Shown here one piece after another: positions 14,665 to 25,876 of a DNA stretch of 64,000 nt. The notes beneath the pieces are model-generated. The model was not told where the DNA came from. It was given only the letters and a program-made list of their open reading frames with translations, and made no database searches. Both the position numbers and the translations under genes were made by a program. The stretch is from Eledone cirrhosa. Its lineage: Eukaryota. The stretch covers positions 219,046,001-219,110,000 of the forward strand of contig OZ024742.1 of NCBI GenBank assembly GCA_964016885.1, written 5' to 3'. Each line of letters starts with the position of its first letter. Position 1 is the stretch's first letter.

Positions 14665-14747
14665 ACACGCGCTGATGAACCATGGGCTTTTTCATTTCTG
14701 TCAACAACTTATTGGCGAAACAGATTTCTTTGGATTTGTACGTGTGT
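14665..14747 (+). ncRNA. Type I hammerhead ribozyme with fully paired helix III
   Basis: acacgcg-CTGATGA-a cca tggg...ctta t tgg c-GAAA-cagattt cttt ggatttg-TA-cgtgtgt. Helix I is 7 bp and helix III 8 bp including G-U pairs; the cleavage triplet is GUA. Confidence 0.85.
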
Positions 14748-14905
14748 TATATAGTTATAGAGTTACGTATTTACACATTAATTTATATTTTTAATTATCG
14801 TGTGTCTACCCTGCCTTTCATAGGTTATAGATTCCATACACTAGTGGTTTTTTCCCTGTTTTATTGATGGCGCATTATATCTCTCTCTAGTGTGTTACCT
14901 TTTCA

Positions 14906-14970
<65 letters not shown>

Positions 14971-15191
14971 GTATATATCATTTATGTTAGGCTGTTTACC
15001 AATGGGTAGGACTGGGATCGGGTCGGTAAACTATGATGCAGCAAATTAATTAAAGCACTCAACGTTATGCAAATTATTCATCGCAGATGTGGTATCCAGT
15101 GGCTGGTGAAAGAAGAGGGTTAAGTATTCATTAAAACAAAAACAGAAGGCCGCACTGGAAAATTTACTTTAAAATTTTAATTCCGCGAAAG

Positions 15192-15262
15192 CACTATACA
15201 TATTTCGATGGCCGAGCCCTATCATCCGATTGTGATGTAAGACTAGATAATTTCATCAGGTG
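15192..15262 (-). ncRNA. Type I hammerhead ribozyme motif
   Basis: Minus strand: cac-CTGATGA-(about 46 nt)-GAAA-tatgta-TA-gtg. Helix I is short and helix III near-palindromic; helix II pairing is weak. Confidence 0.6.
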
Positions 15263-15618
15263 TTGTTTGCAGAATTATATAATGGATTACGTTGAACCCA
15301 AACAGAGAATAGAAAATACAAAGAAATTGAAAATAGAAAATAGAGCACCGATTTGTTTCGGGGGTCGCCTGCCAATTTGGTGTTATATCGATAGTAGACG
15401 ATCCCCGAATGTAACATTATCAGTTAATGCCAGCTTTGCGTGCTGGTAGGCATAGTGGAGACGGTGGGGTTGTCAAGTGGCGTCAGGAATACATCCGTCC
15501 TGAGAAAATGCCGTTCATCAATTACAGCTAAGGCTTCTCTGCCGCTGAGATCAAAGGGTTCAATCGGGGGTAAACAAAGTAAGTAAAGTACTCAATACAT
15601 TAGTAGAGTATATACAAC

Positions 15619-15714
15619 AAAGTTTAATATAGAAATGGCTTCTACAGGACTAGAACTGTTTCATTCGAATGAAACAGTTCTAGTCCTGTAGAAGCCATTT
15701 CTATATTAAACTTT
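15619..15714. repeat. Perfect 96-bp spacerless palindrome
   Basis: AAAGTTTAATATAGAAATGGCTTCTACAGGACTAGAACTGTTTCATTC|GAATGAAACAGTTCTAGTCCTGTAGAAGCCATTTCTATATTAAACTTT. The same family occurs at 38498-38610 and 45130-45195. Confidence 0.95.
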
Positions 15715-15724
15715 CTTATATATA

Positions 15725-16152
15725 CTAGCACAAAACCACCCTATTGGTGGTTTTCTGCTAGCATGTGTAGTGTGTATATTGATATTATACACAAATATAT
15801 ATGCATGTAAATATGATACATCAAATATAATCGTAATTGACAATATACACAGAAATTGAACAAAGTCTGTTGCACTGTCTTATGTAATCAGTAATTCATG
15901 ATATATTTTAAAAAAGACGACATTATATATAAACTGGATTCGGAGAAAATTAGCGACGGAAATATATGCGATTATAAGTGTTCTAATATAACGGCCGCTA
16001 ACCGGAAGTGTTGACATTTAAAAATTTAACACATAAATTATGTAATATTCATTCATTATTTATTCAAAGTAACCCAACTTATTTTACAAACGGGGTAAAA
16101 AAAAATATATTCTGGACGCAACCACACAGACCTTCCTTTATTATAGTTAAGA
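15725..16152 (-). mobile_element. Non-autonomous Helitron
   Basis: Minus strand runs 5'-TC...CTAG-3' between host A and T, with terminal hairpin CTAGCACAAAACCACCCTATTGGTGGTTTTCTGCTAG. Homologous to 38801-39340. Confidence 0.85.
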
Positions 16153-16156
16153 TATA

Positions 16157-16283
16157 CTAGTTAAGATAACCGGCTTCGCGCGGGAGAACACTTAAGAGAA
16201 GACGGATAAAAGAGAAAACGACTGTATTGGATGTACTGTCTGGTTTACAGTATGAGGTTAGACTGTAATGTGTGTGTATGTGT

Positions 16284-16321
<38 letters not shown>

Positions 16322-17068
16322 ATCATAAAACTTCCTTATTAGGCTGAGTGAGTAAACTGCCGATTAAATGGTAGCATTGGCCTTGGATTTTAAATGTGAA
16401 ATATCCATAGTCAATATGATCTTTTTCAGCTCCAAAGGACGTCATATGAAACGCAGCAATTGCTCCTGAAGTGTTTAGCTTCGTTAGTACGGTCTGTAAG
16501 TTGTATATGGATAAAAGCTGGAGTGTCCTTTATCAGTGGAAGTCTGACACTTCCTCATAAGCAATACATGCCAAGTGTAATATCCATGTTACCAATTGCG
16601 ACTTTAGGATCATTTCTATAATTCTTTGATGGATCATATGAAAACGCAGCGTTTAACCAGTTTATTTTGCTTTGAAGAGTCGTTTGTGCTGGTCGAGTTT
16701 ACATCTCAACTCACATTGCCTCACATTGAACTTCTGTTTATTGCGATAGTCTTTTTTCTTGCCTTAATCTTTCTGTTTCCTGTCTCAAGCTCTGTACACT
16801 TTCAGAAAGTTGCGATCATCTTTCTTGTTATCTTAACCTTTCCGTTTCCTGTGTCATATTTTGAATTAGATCAATAATAACATTACACTATCCTCAAAAA
16901 GCTAAATTAATATACACCGTACATTAATTTTAAATAGTATCAATTTTTTCTGTGTTCTGTAAAATCAAAGATTGGTGTAAAATGACTTTATAAAAAATAA
17001 AAATTAGAATTTTATTTCTCACCCTAGTACAGCTGATACATAAATGTAAGCATGCACACGCACGCACG

Positions 17069-17151
<83 letters not shown>

Positions 17152-17493
17152 GTATCGAACATTAAGAATAATGTTCGTTTTGTTTGTAAACAAACGGCCC
17201 GATTTGAAGCTGTGCCGTACTGGTGACCAATCATCACTTGTTTGTTCATCACTGGCTTTGAGGAACAATGAACATGTTTCTTGGTCATTACCCTTCATCA
17301 GAACTGTATACCTCTGCCAGTCTGTTGAACGGTTGAAAATATATAATATTTTCTTAAGTATACATCGGCTGAGTAGCCTCATTTGCATACCGAGCGAGTT
17401 ATGGCTGGCCTTGCCGAATATTAAAAATAAAATTAGAATTTTATTTCTCTTCCTAGCTCAGCATACATAAATGTAAGAATGCACAAGTACACA

Positions 17494-17543
<50 letters not shown>

Positions 17544-17637
17544 CAAACACATATATACATATACATATGTACCCTTTTAAACATTCAACTGATACTTTGA
17601 TCTATAGTTTAAGCCGATTCTAGACTTTTGTGGGACG

Positions 17638-17680
<43 letters not shown>

Positions 17681-17876
17681 GAATATCTAACACTTTAACT
17701 GTATCTCTCTATCTCTCTGCCTCTCCCTCTCTCTCCCTCTTTCTGCCTCTCCCCCTCTCTCTCTCTCTCTCTTTAGATGCGTGTGTGTGTGTGTTATGCC
17801 AGTCGTCACAGAAATGTATGTATACTCACACACACATACACTCTCACATACACTCACGCACATATACTTGTCAGTC

Positions 17877-17956
<80 letters not shown>

Positions 17957-18300
17957 TGTGTGTGTGTTTAATTCTCTGTGTATCTGATTAAATATTTACG
18001 TGAAGATAATGTATATGCAACTTACTAAGGCCTAACGTACGTAACGAATGCTCAAACACACACACACAGACACATATACACTCATATAAAAAATGTGACA
18101 TCGTCGTGGTGTTATAAAATGTCGTTTATTATAGTTGACTATAGAAATATTATTTTAGATAAAATGTTATATTCTTTTAATCCAAATGAAAATAAAAATT
18201 GCATATTAATCCCGGGGTCTAATAATATTACCTTGTAAAATTTGATTTGATTTGGTCGAGCCGTTTGAGAATGTATAAGGAAACAGACAGACAGACAAAG

Positions 18301-18353
<53 letters not shown>

Positions 18354-18401
18354 CAAATGAAGGAGTTGCCGTTAAGACAATTCTTTATCTTTATATATAG
18401 A
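16157..18401 (-). mobile_element. Probable non-autonomous Helitron rich in microsatellites; partial opposite-strand copy at about 35600-36450
   Basis: CTAG plus a GC hairpin (CCGGCTTCGCGCGGG) at the left end and TCTATATATAAA on the minus strand at the right end. 16577-16683 is the reverse complement of about 36340-36448, and 18126-18300 matches about 35620-35800. Confidence 0.55.
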
Positions 18402-18654
18402 ATTGTTTTAACGGCTTGTAACTCCTTCATTCACTCATTCATTTGCTTATTCCCGCTCTGCTTAAACATTACGCTAAATATTAACTTCCTCTAATATTTA
18501 ACCCTGTTAACCCAAGCATCGAGCGCACCACGCTTCGGCTTTTGGCATTTAGTATTCTGTATCGCACCTCTTTGTACCTCTCTGCTTCATCCTCTCTTAC
18601 GCTACCTTAACCCTATTATATATATAATGGAAAAGTTGTTGATCAGCAGATCTC

Positions 18655-18733
<79 letters not shown>

Positions 18734-20327
18734 CATGATTTAGTTTGGTTTGGTTTCTGAGATCTGCTGATCAACAACTTTTCCATTATCCCATACACCT
18801 CGTAATATCTGATTATTCATTCTACCTCGTACCCTATATCCTGTTGCTTTGCATTTACATCTCTCTTTACAAATCGTAGATTTTATTTCTTTCACAATTC
18901 ATGCCAGCTGGCCTCCCTTGTGCTGCTATGTTTACGAGCTTTATATTGAATTGGTCTCATCTTCTCCAAGTATTAATTTACATCGAAGATATATGTATGG
19001 CAATTCGTAATTTTCACACGTACGAAAACCCATAAAATAAAATACGATAGTTTCCAGATAACGTTTGAAAATATTTTCAAACAGCAGCCAGAACATCCTC
19101 AAACTATCAAAAATCGTGGTTCACATTGGATGATAGAATTCGTTGTATACTATTCCACAAGAATGAAAAGACGAGATGACCATAGCTGGAAGGCTTTTGA
19201 TAAGCGATCTACTAGATTAAGGCCTGTTTGAAGTTAAACTACAGCACAAACGTTTTTTTCTTCTTATATTTTGTTTCGTACATCTTAAAATTGTAAAGCT
19301 TTTCTTGTTGATTATTACATTGGAGAATGGATGGATGGATGGTTATCACCAATAATGGGTTGTTGGTTACAGCCATTGGGGGATGGATCTTTATTAGCAT
19401 TGGTGGGTTGATGGTTATCACTATTGTTGGATAGATGGATGGTTACCACTAGTCAAAATGGATGATTATCGCCAGTCAACGTGGATGGTTATCACCAGTC
19501 AAAGTTGACGGTTATCCCCAATGATGGGTGATTGGGTGGAAGTATTAGAACAAAAACCAAACGAACCAAGTTCCCGATAGTATTTATGATGCCCATTTAT
19601 TCTCATTTCCAAACCATCCAGGTCGGTTTTGCTTTTCATTCTTCTGGGATCAATAGAATAAGTTCCAGTCAAGTGCTACATATACACTCCCCCATCCCCC
19701 CCCCCAAAACAGTGGCCCTCAGAGGAATTTTATCAAGGAACACAACATTTCTTTTTGGGGACCCACATGTCAAAAAATGAATGTTACCCTTCAATATATG
19801 GAAATAATTTCTGAGATCTCAGGAAATACCTAGAGCTGAGTACCATATACTCCTTACAATTACTTCTCATAGACCCTGTTCCCAAGTATTGGCGTTGATT
19901 GCCAGTATCGACAGAGCACCGAAAAAAATATCTGACATTTTGACACATTCCCTTATGTTTTGAATTTAAATCCCAACGAAATCAACTTTGCCTTGCTTTC
20001 TTTCCGGCGGTTGATAAGATAAAGAAGCTGTCATTTACTGGGATCGATTTCATATACTTGTAACGCATCCTAGATATTAATGGAATTACAAGAGAAGACT
20101 CTGACTTTCATCTTTCTAAAGGAAACTAAAATAAAATACCAGTCAAATACTTGGGTCTCTTCAATATTTTTATCACGTATTCCATGTGTAAATGGAGTCA
20201 TACTAAAAGACTAAAACTTTGCCGTTCGTCCTTCCATAGTTGATAAAATAAAGTGCTAATTAGGTACCGAATTTGATTAAAATATTGGTACAATTAATCG
20301 GGTATGTAAGTAAAATTTTAAGGGTTT

Positions 20328-20530
20328 CTGATTTAAGCACAAGGCCAACAATTTTGGGGAGAGGGGAAAGTCGATTAAATCGACCTCAGTACGTTACTGG
20401 TGCTTTATTTTATCGAACCCGTAAGGATGAAAGACAAAGCTAACCTCGGCGGGATTTGAACTCAGAATGTAAATGGCCGTAACTATATACCGCAAAGCAT
20501 AATGTCCGACACTCTAACGATATTGCCAAT
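20328..20530 (-). mobile_element. SINE copy (longer variant of the abundant family)
   Basis: Reverse complement of box B and of the CTTTCATCCTTACGG core and tail. Confidence 0.85.
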
Positions 20531-21343
20531 ACAAAAATTATAATGGAAGGAAAATGTGGTGCCCCAGTATGGACATAGTCAAATGACTGAAACCAGTAAA
20601 AATTATACATGAGATCTTGTATTGCCGATCAGAAACAGGAAATGTTTATAGTCAACTTTTTCAACAAAACATTATTAAATTCTACTTAAAAGCAATTTAT
20701 ATGAAAGAGAAGACAAAATAATAAAATGTAGGAATTGGAACTCAACAGCTTGCGGACATGTCATGAAAAAACATTGTATTGTGAGCTTATATAAGCCAAA
20801 AAATTAATAGAAACCTTATTAATGTCATAACTTACTTTACAAAGTTTCCTTCATATCAAGATATTATCAACAAAGACTTATTATTTCAAGATGTCTATGA
20901 TAACGTAATACCACTGAATATTATTTCATTCAGTTTGAAAATACGACACCCACTTTGTTATTTTTACACTCCATCTTACCTTATGAATTATGTCACCAAT
21001 TTCAATGTTTAAATTGATCTTGTATCTCTATCTCTTTTTCCCTCTTTTCTTTCTTATATAATATACACACATATACACACATACAACCCCTCCCCCCCCA
21101 TATATATATATATATATATTAGCCCCAAGTATTCTACGTAAGGGTGTTGTTATCTTGTATGTGTTTCCACAAAGAATGTCTTATATTAAAACAGACAGAC
21201 ATGAAGCTGTACCAGGAGAACAGGCTGAGTTTATTTAATCGTCTTATGTGTATAAATAACTAATAAAACAGGGTTAAACGACGAACTGAAGAGGTTACTC
21301 TTCAAAATTATCTTAAAGTGTGCAATTGCAAATATGCAGAACG

Positions 21344-21390
<47 letters not shown>

Positions 21391-21434
21391 AATCAAAAAG
21401 AACAGAAAGATGCAGTAAAAGAGATTTATTCGGT

Positions 21435-21549
21435 TCTAACGTACGTTTCAATAGACATCAATTTGCCTAGATCTCGCTGCATTTATAATATTATATAGTT
21501 AGTAGAGCATTCGACATCCAATGCACAATCGATTCCATATCATCAGAGA
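21435..21549 (-). ncRNA. Type I hammerhead ribozyme with long helix II
   Basis: Minus strand: tct-CTGATGA-t atgga atcga ttg...caaa ttgat g tctat t-GAAA-cgtacg-TT-aga. Helix III is the palindrome ACGTACGT; AATAAA and (TA)n follow. Confidence 0.75.
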
Positions 21550-22077
21550 TTATGTTTACCGTACCAGAATGTTCAGGTTTTTATAGGAATTCATGTGAAG
21601 TTGAAGTAGAGAAGAAGGAGGATGTGACAAAGACGAGAGAGATGGGGGGGGGGGGTTCATGGTTGTTGAGGTAAAACAGAGGGGAGGATAAAATACGATA
21701 ATGAAGTCTAGATATGGACTAGTCCAACTGTGTGTGTGCTAGGGAGATGGTAAACGTTGATAGGTTTATGATCTATGATAGATGGAGGCAGGGGAGATTA
21801 GGCCGAGTGACTTGTAAAGTATGTAGGAGGAGATGTTGAATAGGGGAGATGTGGTCAATAGAAGGCATAGCAATAATCCATGGGGACAGATAGAGGAGGT
21901 AGAAGGAAGATAGAGTAAAGCAGAAGTCGCAGGATCAAATCAAGCCAGGTTTGTATATATATATATATATATATATATAGTGGTGGAACACTGGAAGGTA
22001 ATATCCGTAGTGGTAGAGCACTCAGTCCATGGGACGAGTTAGGTAGAAGTGCTTACACAACAGTTAGTTCACCATAC

Positions 22078-22114
22078 CGAGAACAATTGTTTCACCTTAG
22101 CGGATCCTCAGCCG
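22078..22114 (-). ncRNA. Type I hammerhead motif (left arm)
   Basis: Minus strand: cgg-CTGAGGA-t cc gctaa gg t-GAAA-caattg-TT-ctcg. Confidence 0.65.
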
Positions 22115-22502
22115 TAATGGGAATGGTTATAGAAACAGGAAGGACAACCGTACGAACGCGCATGCGCAGAAATCCGGTCACTTCACACAGGCAATACTAG
22201 AATGCGTGCGAGAGGTGTAAGGGAGATAACTGCGAAAGAGATTATGAAATAGTGATTGCCTAAACACGAGAAATGAATTTTTCACACGTTGTCCACACGT
22301 CTCCAAACACCTATTGCATAACTACAAAGCTCCGGATTGAATCATTGTAATTTTCTTATCAACTAAAATCTTTTCGGACTTTCGCAGTTATCTCCCTTAC
22401 ATCTCTCACACGCATTCTAGTATTGCCTGTGTGAAGTGACCGGGCTTCTGCGCATGCGCGTTCGTACGGCTGTCCTTCCTGTTCCTATAACCATGCCCAT
22501 TA

Positions 22503-22540
22503 CGAGCTGAGGATACGCTAAGGTGAAACAATTGTTCTCG
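22503..22540 (+). ncRNA. Minimal type I hammerhead (right arm)
   Basis: cgag-CTGAGGA-tacgctaaggt-GAAA-caattg-TT-ctcg. Helix I is cgag/ctcg and helix III the palindrome ACAATTGT. Confidence 0.7.
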
Positions 22541-22568
22541 GTATGGTGAACTAACTGTTGTGTAACCA

Positions 22569-22617
<49 letters not shown>

Positions 22618-22675
22618 CAGCGATTCTTTGCTTAAACTTTAATCTGTTATTTTAATAAATATATATGTATATATA

Positions 22676-23298
22676 TATAAAATCCAGGTCTAGCAAATAG
22701 AGAAAAAGTTTCAAATTAAATTTTAAAAAATTCGCTGTACTTACTATATGTGCCTTTACCGCGGTTTCAAGTTCCAAAATAAACGGATAATCCAAGCGGA
22801 TCTTCATTGAGAAAGGAACTATCTTCAGAAGGCTCTTCTCGCTCGGAGAATATAAAATTCCCGAGTTTAAATCACAAACTGACGCCATACAAAACCATTC
22901 CCAGATGAGAGTGAATGATGGAAGAAATAATTCTGTCTGGTGCCGTGTGCAAAGACAAAAGGCAGGGTGGACAGGTCAATGTCCTGCCACTAGAAATAGA
23001 AGCTGTCCAAACAGCCAAGTGTTATCTCAACCTTAGGGGAGATTAATAATAATAAAGTATGAGTTCCTACGTGTAAAAAATACATATAGGGATACAAGTA
23101 TTATCCAACCGTATGCCAATGTGGTTCTATGGCGGGTTAATAAATAAACAAGCCAGAACATATAAAATCCAGGTCTAGCAAATAGATAAAAAGTTTCAAA
23201 ATAAATTTTAAAAAATTCGCTGTACTTACTATATGTGCCTTTACCGCGGTTTCAAGTTCCAAAATAAACCGATAATCCAAGCGGATCTCCATTGAGAA
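22676..23298 (-). mobile_element. Retrozyme-like partial tandem: 485-bp non-coding unit with about 138-bp terminal direct repeat
   Basis: 22676-22813 is repeated at 23161-23298 (period 485). The repeat spans the hammerhead cleavage site, and both ends abut (TA)n. Confidence 0.75.
22752..22833 (-). ncRNA. Type I hammerhead ribozyme
   Basis: Minus strand: gcctt-CTGAAGA-t agttcc...ggaact t-GAAA-ccgcgg-TA-aaggc. Helix I is 5 bp, helix II 6 bp and helix III the palindrome ACCGCGGT; the triplet is GUA. Confidence 0.85.
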
Positions 23299-23347
23299 TA
23301 TATATATATTTATATATACGTTCTGTGTGTTTATTTATGTATGTAAG

Positions 23348-23444
<97 letters not shown>

Positions 23445-23464
23445 CTTCATGTATATATATGTAC

Positions 23465-24350
23465 ACCAAGAATGCAGTGCTTACTCAGACAGTTTTTTTC
23501 GCTTTTTGTGGAATGGACACGTTCCATTGGACTGATGCTCCATTTTGGTCAATACACACTACGTGGAAGACTAGGCCTGCCGAGGCTGATGACGTGCAGG
23601 CATACGTTAAGGTTGCGACATCTCCAGTGATTCCTTGGTGATGAATGGGTATAGCCGCCGTTTGTCAGACACCTTTTTCCACAGCTTGTCTCTTTGGAAG
23701 AGCTACAGTAATGTGTCAAGCGAAGACCAAGAGAGGGCGCTGGCTAGAATGTCATCAAGTGTTCACAGACCTCGGTTGAAATTTCCTGCTAGCTTTATAT
23801 AGAGGATTTGTACCTGGAAAAAGCGGCGACGTTCTCAACAAACAAAGAACTGGCTGGTCTGTTCTAGAGAACTTTCAGTCAGGATTCTATGAATACATTC
23901 CAGAAATTCCTGGTGGGTGCGATGCCGGTTCGAGATAAACTTTATAATGTCAGAGATTCGAGCAAGGTGAGGAAACCGTTCTGCACGCACTCGTCCAGTA
24001 CCCAAGCATTACTGACTAGTTTAGTTATGTCGGACAGATGCTATCATGTGTAGACAGGATGTGACTATCACTCAGGTCCATTGTGAACATCGTTCAGCCA
24101 CCTTTCCTTTGGCAGATGAGACACACAGTTTGTATCTGTTTGGTGGCTATGGGAAAGAATGTGAACGAAACCGAAAGAGCTGAAAAGACACGTTTCTCTT
24201 TCGTCAAGCCTTTATCAGCTTTTTCAAGTTTCCCTTGCAAAGGAAATTAAAGGTGAAGAGGAAAATGCTGCCTTCTTGCAAATTTATTAAAATGTGGATG
24301 AGAGTGGTAAGCATGGTCTTAGTGACTGGGCCTGTTCTGAGTATGTACCC
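23465..24350 (+). mobile_element. Decayed Tx1/L1-clade LINE ORF2 3' region
   Basis: Conceptual peptides TLRGRLGLPRLM (GGLGLP-like), MPVRDKLY and EETVLHALVQYP (zf-RVT-type ET..H...C motif) appear in the expected order, with many disablements. Confidence 0.6.
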
Positions 24351-25876
24351 GTATTAAACTGGACAGTTGGGAGAGGATATTTGTCTTAGTGATCATGGTA
24401 ATCTTATTTTGAGGAGTTTTCTTTTCCTTCGGAGGTTTTTACCATTTTGGGGCATTTCGTTGATTTTTCTTGTTACTCCTTTCAACACACTTTCATCTAC
24501 ACCCCCTCTCTACCGTGTTCTCGATCAAGGTTAATAAAGAAAGGATTGTTGCTAATGAGATGACAGATTTGTAGAATTTATACACAGTTCGACGAAATGC
24601 CTTGTGTTGCCTTTCGCCGTGGTCAACTTTATATTTTATCCTTCCAATGATCGATGAAATATAGTACCAGATAAGTGTACTGGAGTTGATATAATCGACT
24701 GCTTCCATCCCCGTTGTATGTTATTGTTTTTTTTTTTTTTTGTATTTCTACTTTCCTTACTTCGTGCTTGCTGTTTTGCAGTTTATCATTATGCCCCCAA
24801 TCAATCAACCTCGTAGCAATAAAAGATTATCGCGTAGTCAACATCCTCACCTCCATGACCACTGCCACCGCCATCATGTATATATATGGAGCTGATCGTC
24901 AAATCAGACCCAGGTTTCATTTAGTTTTTCCATTGTTGCTGCCGGTCACAAGACTTGGCAGAAAGAGTAACGTAAAATAAAGTATTTTAATCAAGAATCG
25001 AACCCACGATCTTATGATCGTAAGCTTAACACCCTAACCAAGTCTTGCGCATTATCCGCTCCGCTGTTCGGCGAAGTCCATTAACAAATATTGCCATTAC
25101 TGTACAGTTCTAAACATTAGTTTAGATTTCTTCCTAGGAATGCATTTATTGATGAATTTTGAAAATGTATACAAAGTTATATCACTGTTAGAAAATGGTA
25201 AAAAGAAGTGTAGAAGTTATACTCAGATTGGGAGCCCAGCTCAAAACCTGCAACAGACCGCTGATTCCATTTAAAGCATTTATATACGGACCAGATGGTG
25301 GTGTTAAACCGAGAGACATATTTCATCTGCCACCCAAGAATAAACACGTTCTCCCGATCTGGTGCTAATGTTAAAAGTGCTTGTTTAGGTTTTACAATAA
25401 TTTTTAAAAATCATAAAAGTTATATAAGGGAAAGGCATAAAGATTCTAGAAAAAATATATATACTATAAATATTTCGTAAAATATAAAAAAAGGGTAAAC
25501 TTGCTTATAAGAAATATACTGAATTCTTGAGATGTAGCACCTGGCTTCATTTATATTATTCAGCTTATTTGTTGGTTTTTATGTTTCTTTTTAGCATTCA
25601 AAATGGTATTTAATTAAACTTGTTTACATAACGTTGTTGGTCTTTCGAAATACAGTAATCAGCTGTATTTTGTATATTTAAGCAAGAGTTCAACATGTCC
25701 AACGAGCCAAGAAAGCGCCTTAACTTGCTAGTTAGACCTGTTACAAACAACAGACAAACTTCCCTTAAATCACACCCAACTGTGTTATACACGCATGTAT
25801 GTATGTATGTATGTATGTATGTATGTATGTATGTATGTATGTATGTATGTATGTATGTATGTGTGTGTGTATGTAT

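Larger units (their letters stand above)
22056..22570. repeat. Inverted-repeat cassette (arms about 22056-22240 and 22380-22570) between (TA)n tracts, with one hammerhead per arm
   Basis: Arms are near-perfect reverse complements. A shorter relative lies at 41180-41325. Confidence 0.9.

Noticed and set aside
21280-21330. CTGAAGA in a TA-flanked segment
   Set aside because: I could not find a GAAA or a closing helix I.
23575-23615. CTGATGA within a GC-rich hairpin
   Set aside because: There is no properly placed GAAA/UH, and it lies inside Tx1-like coding remnants.
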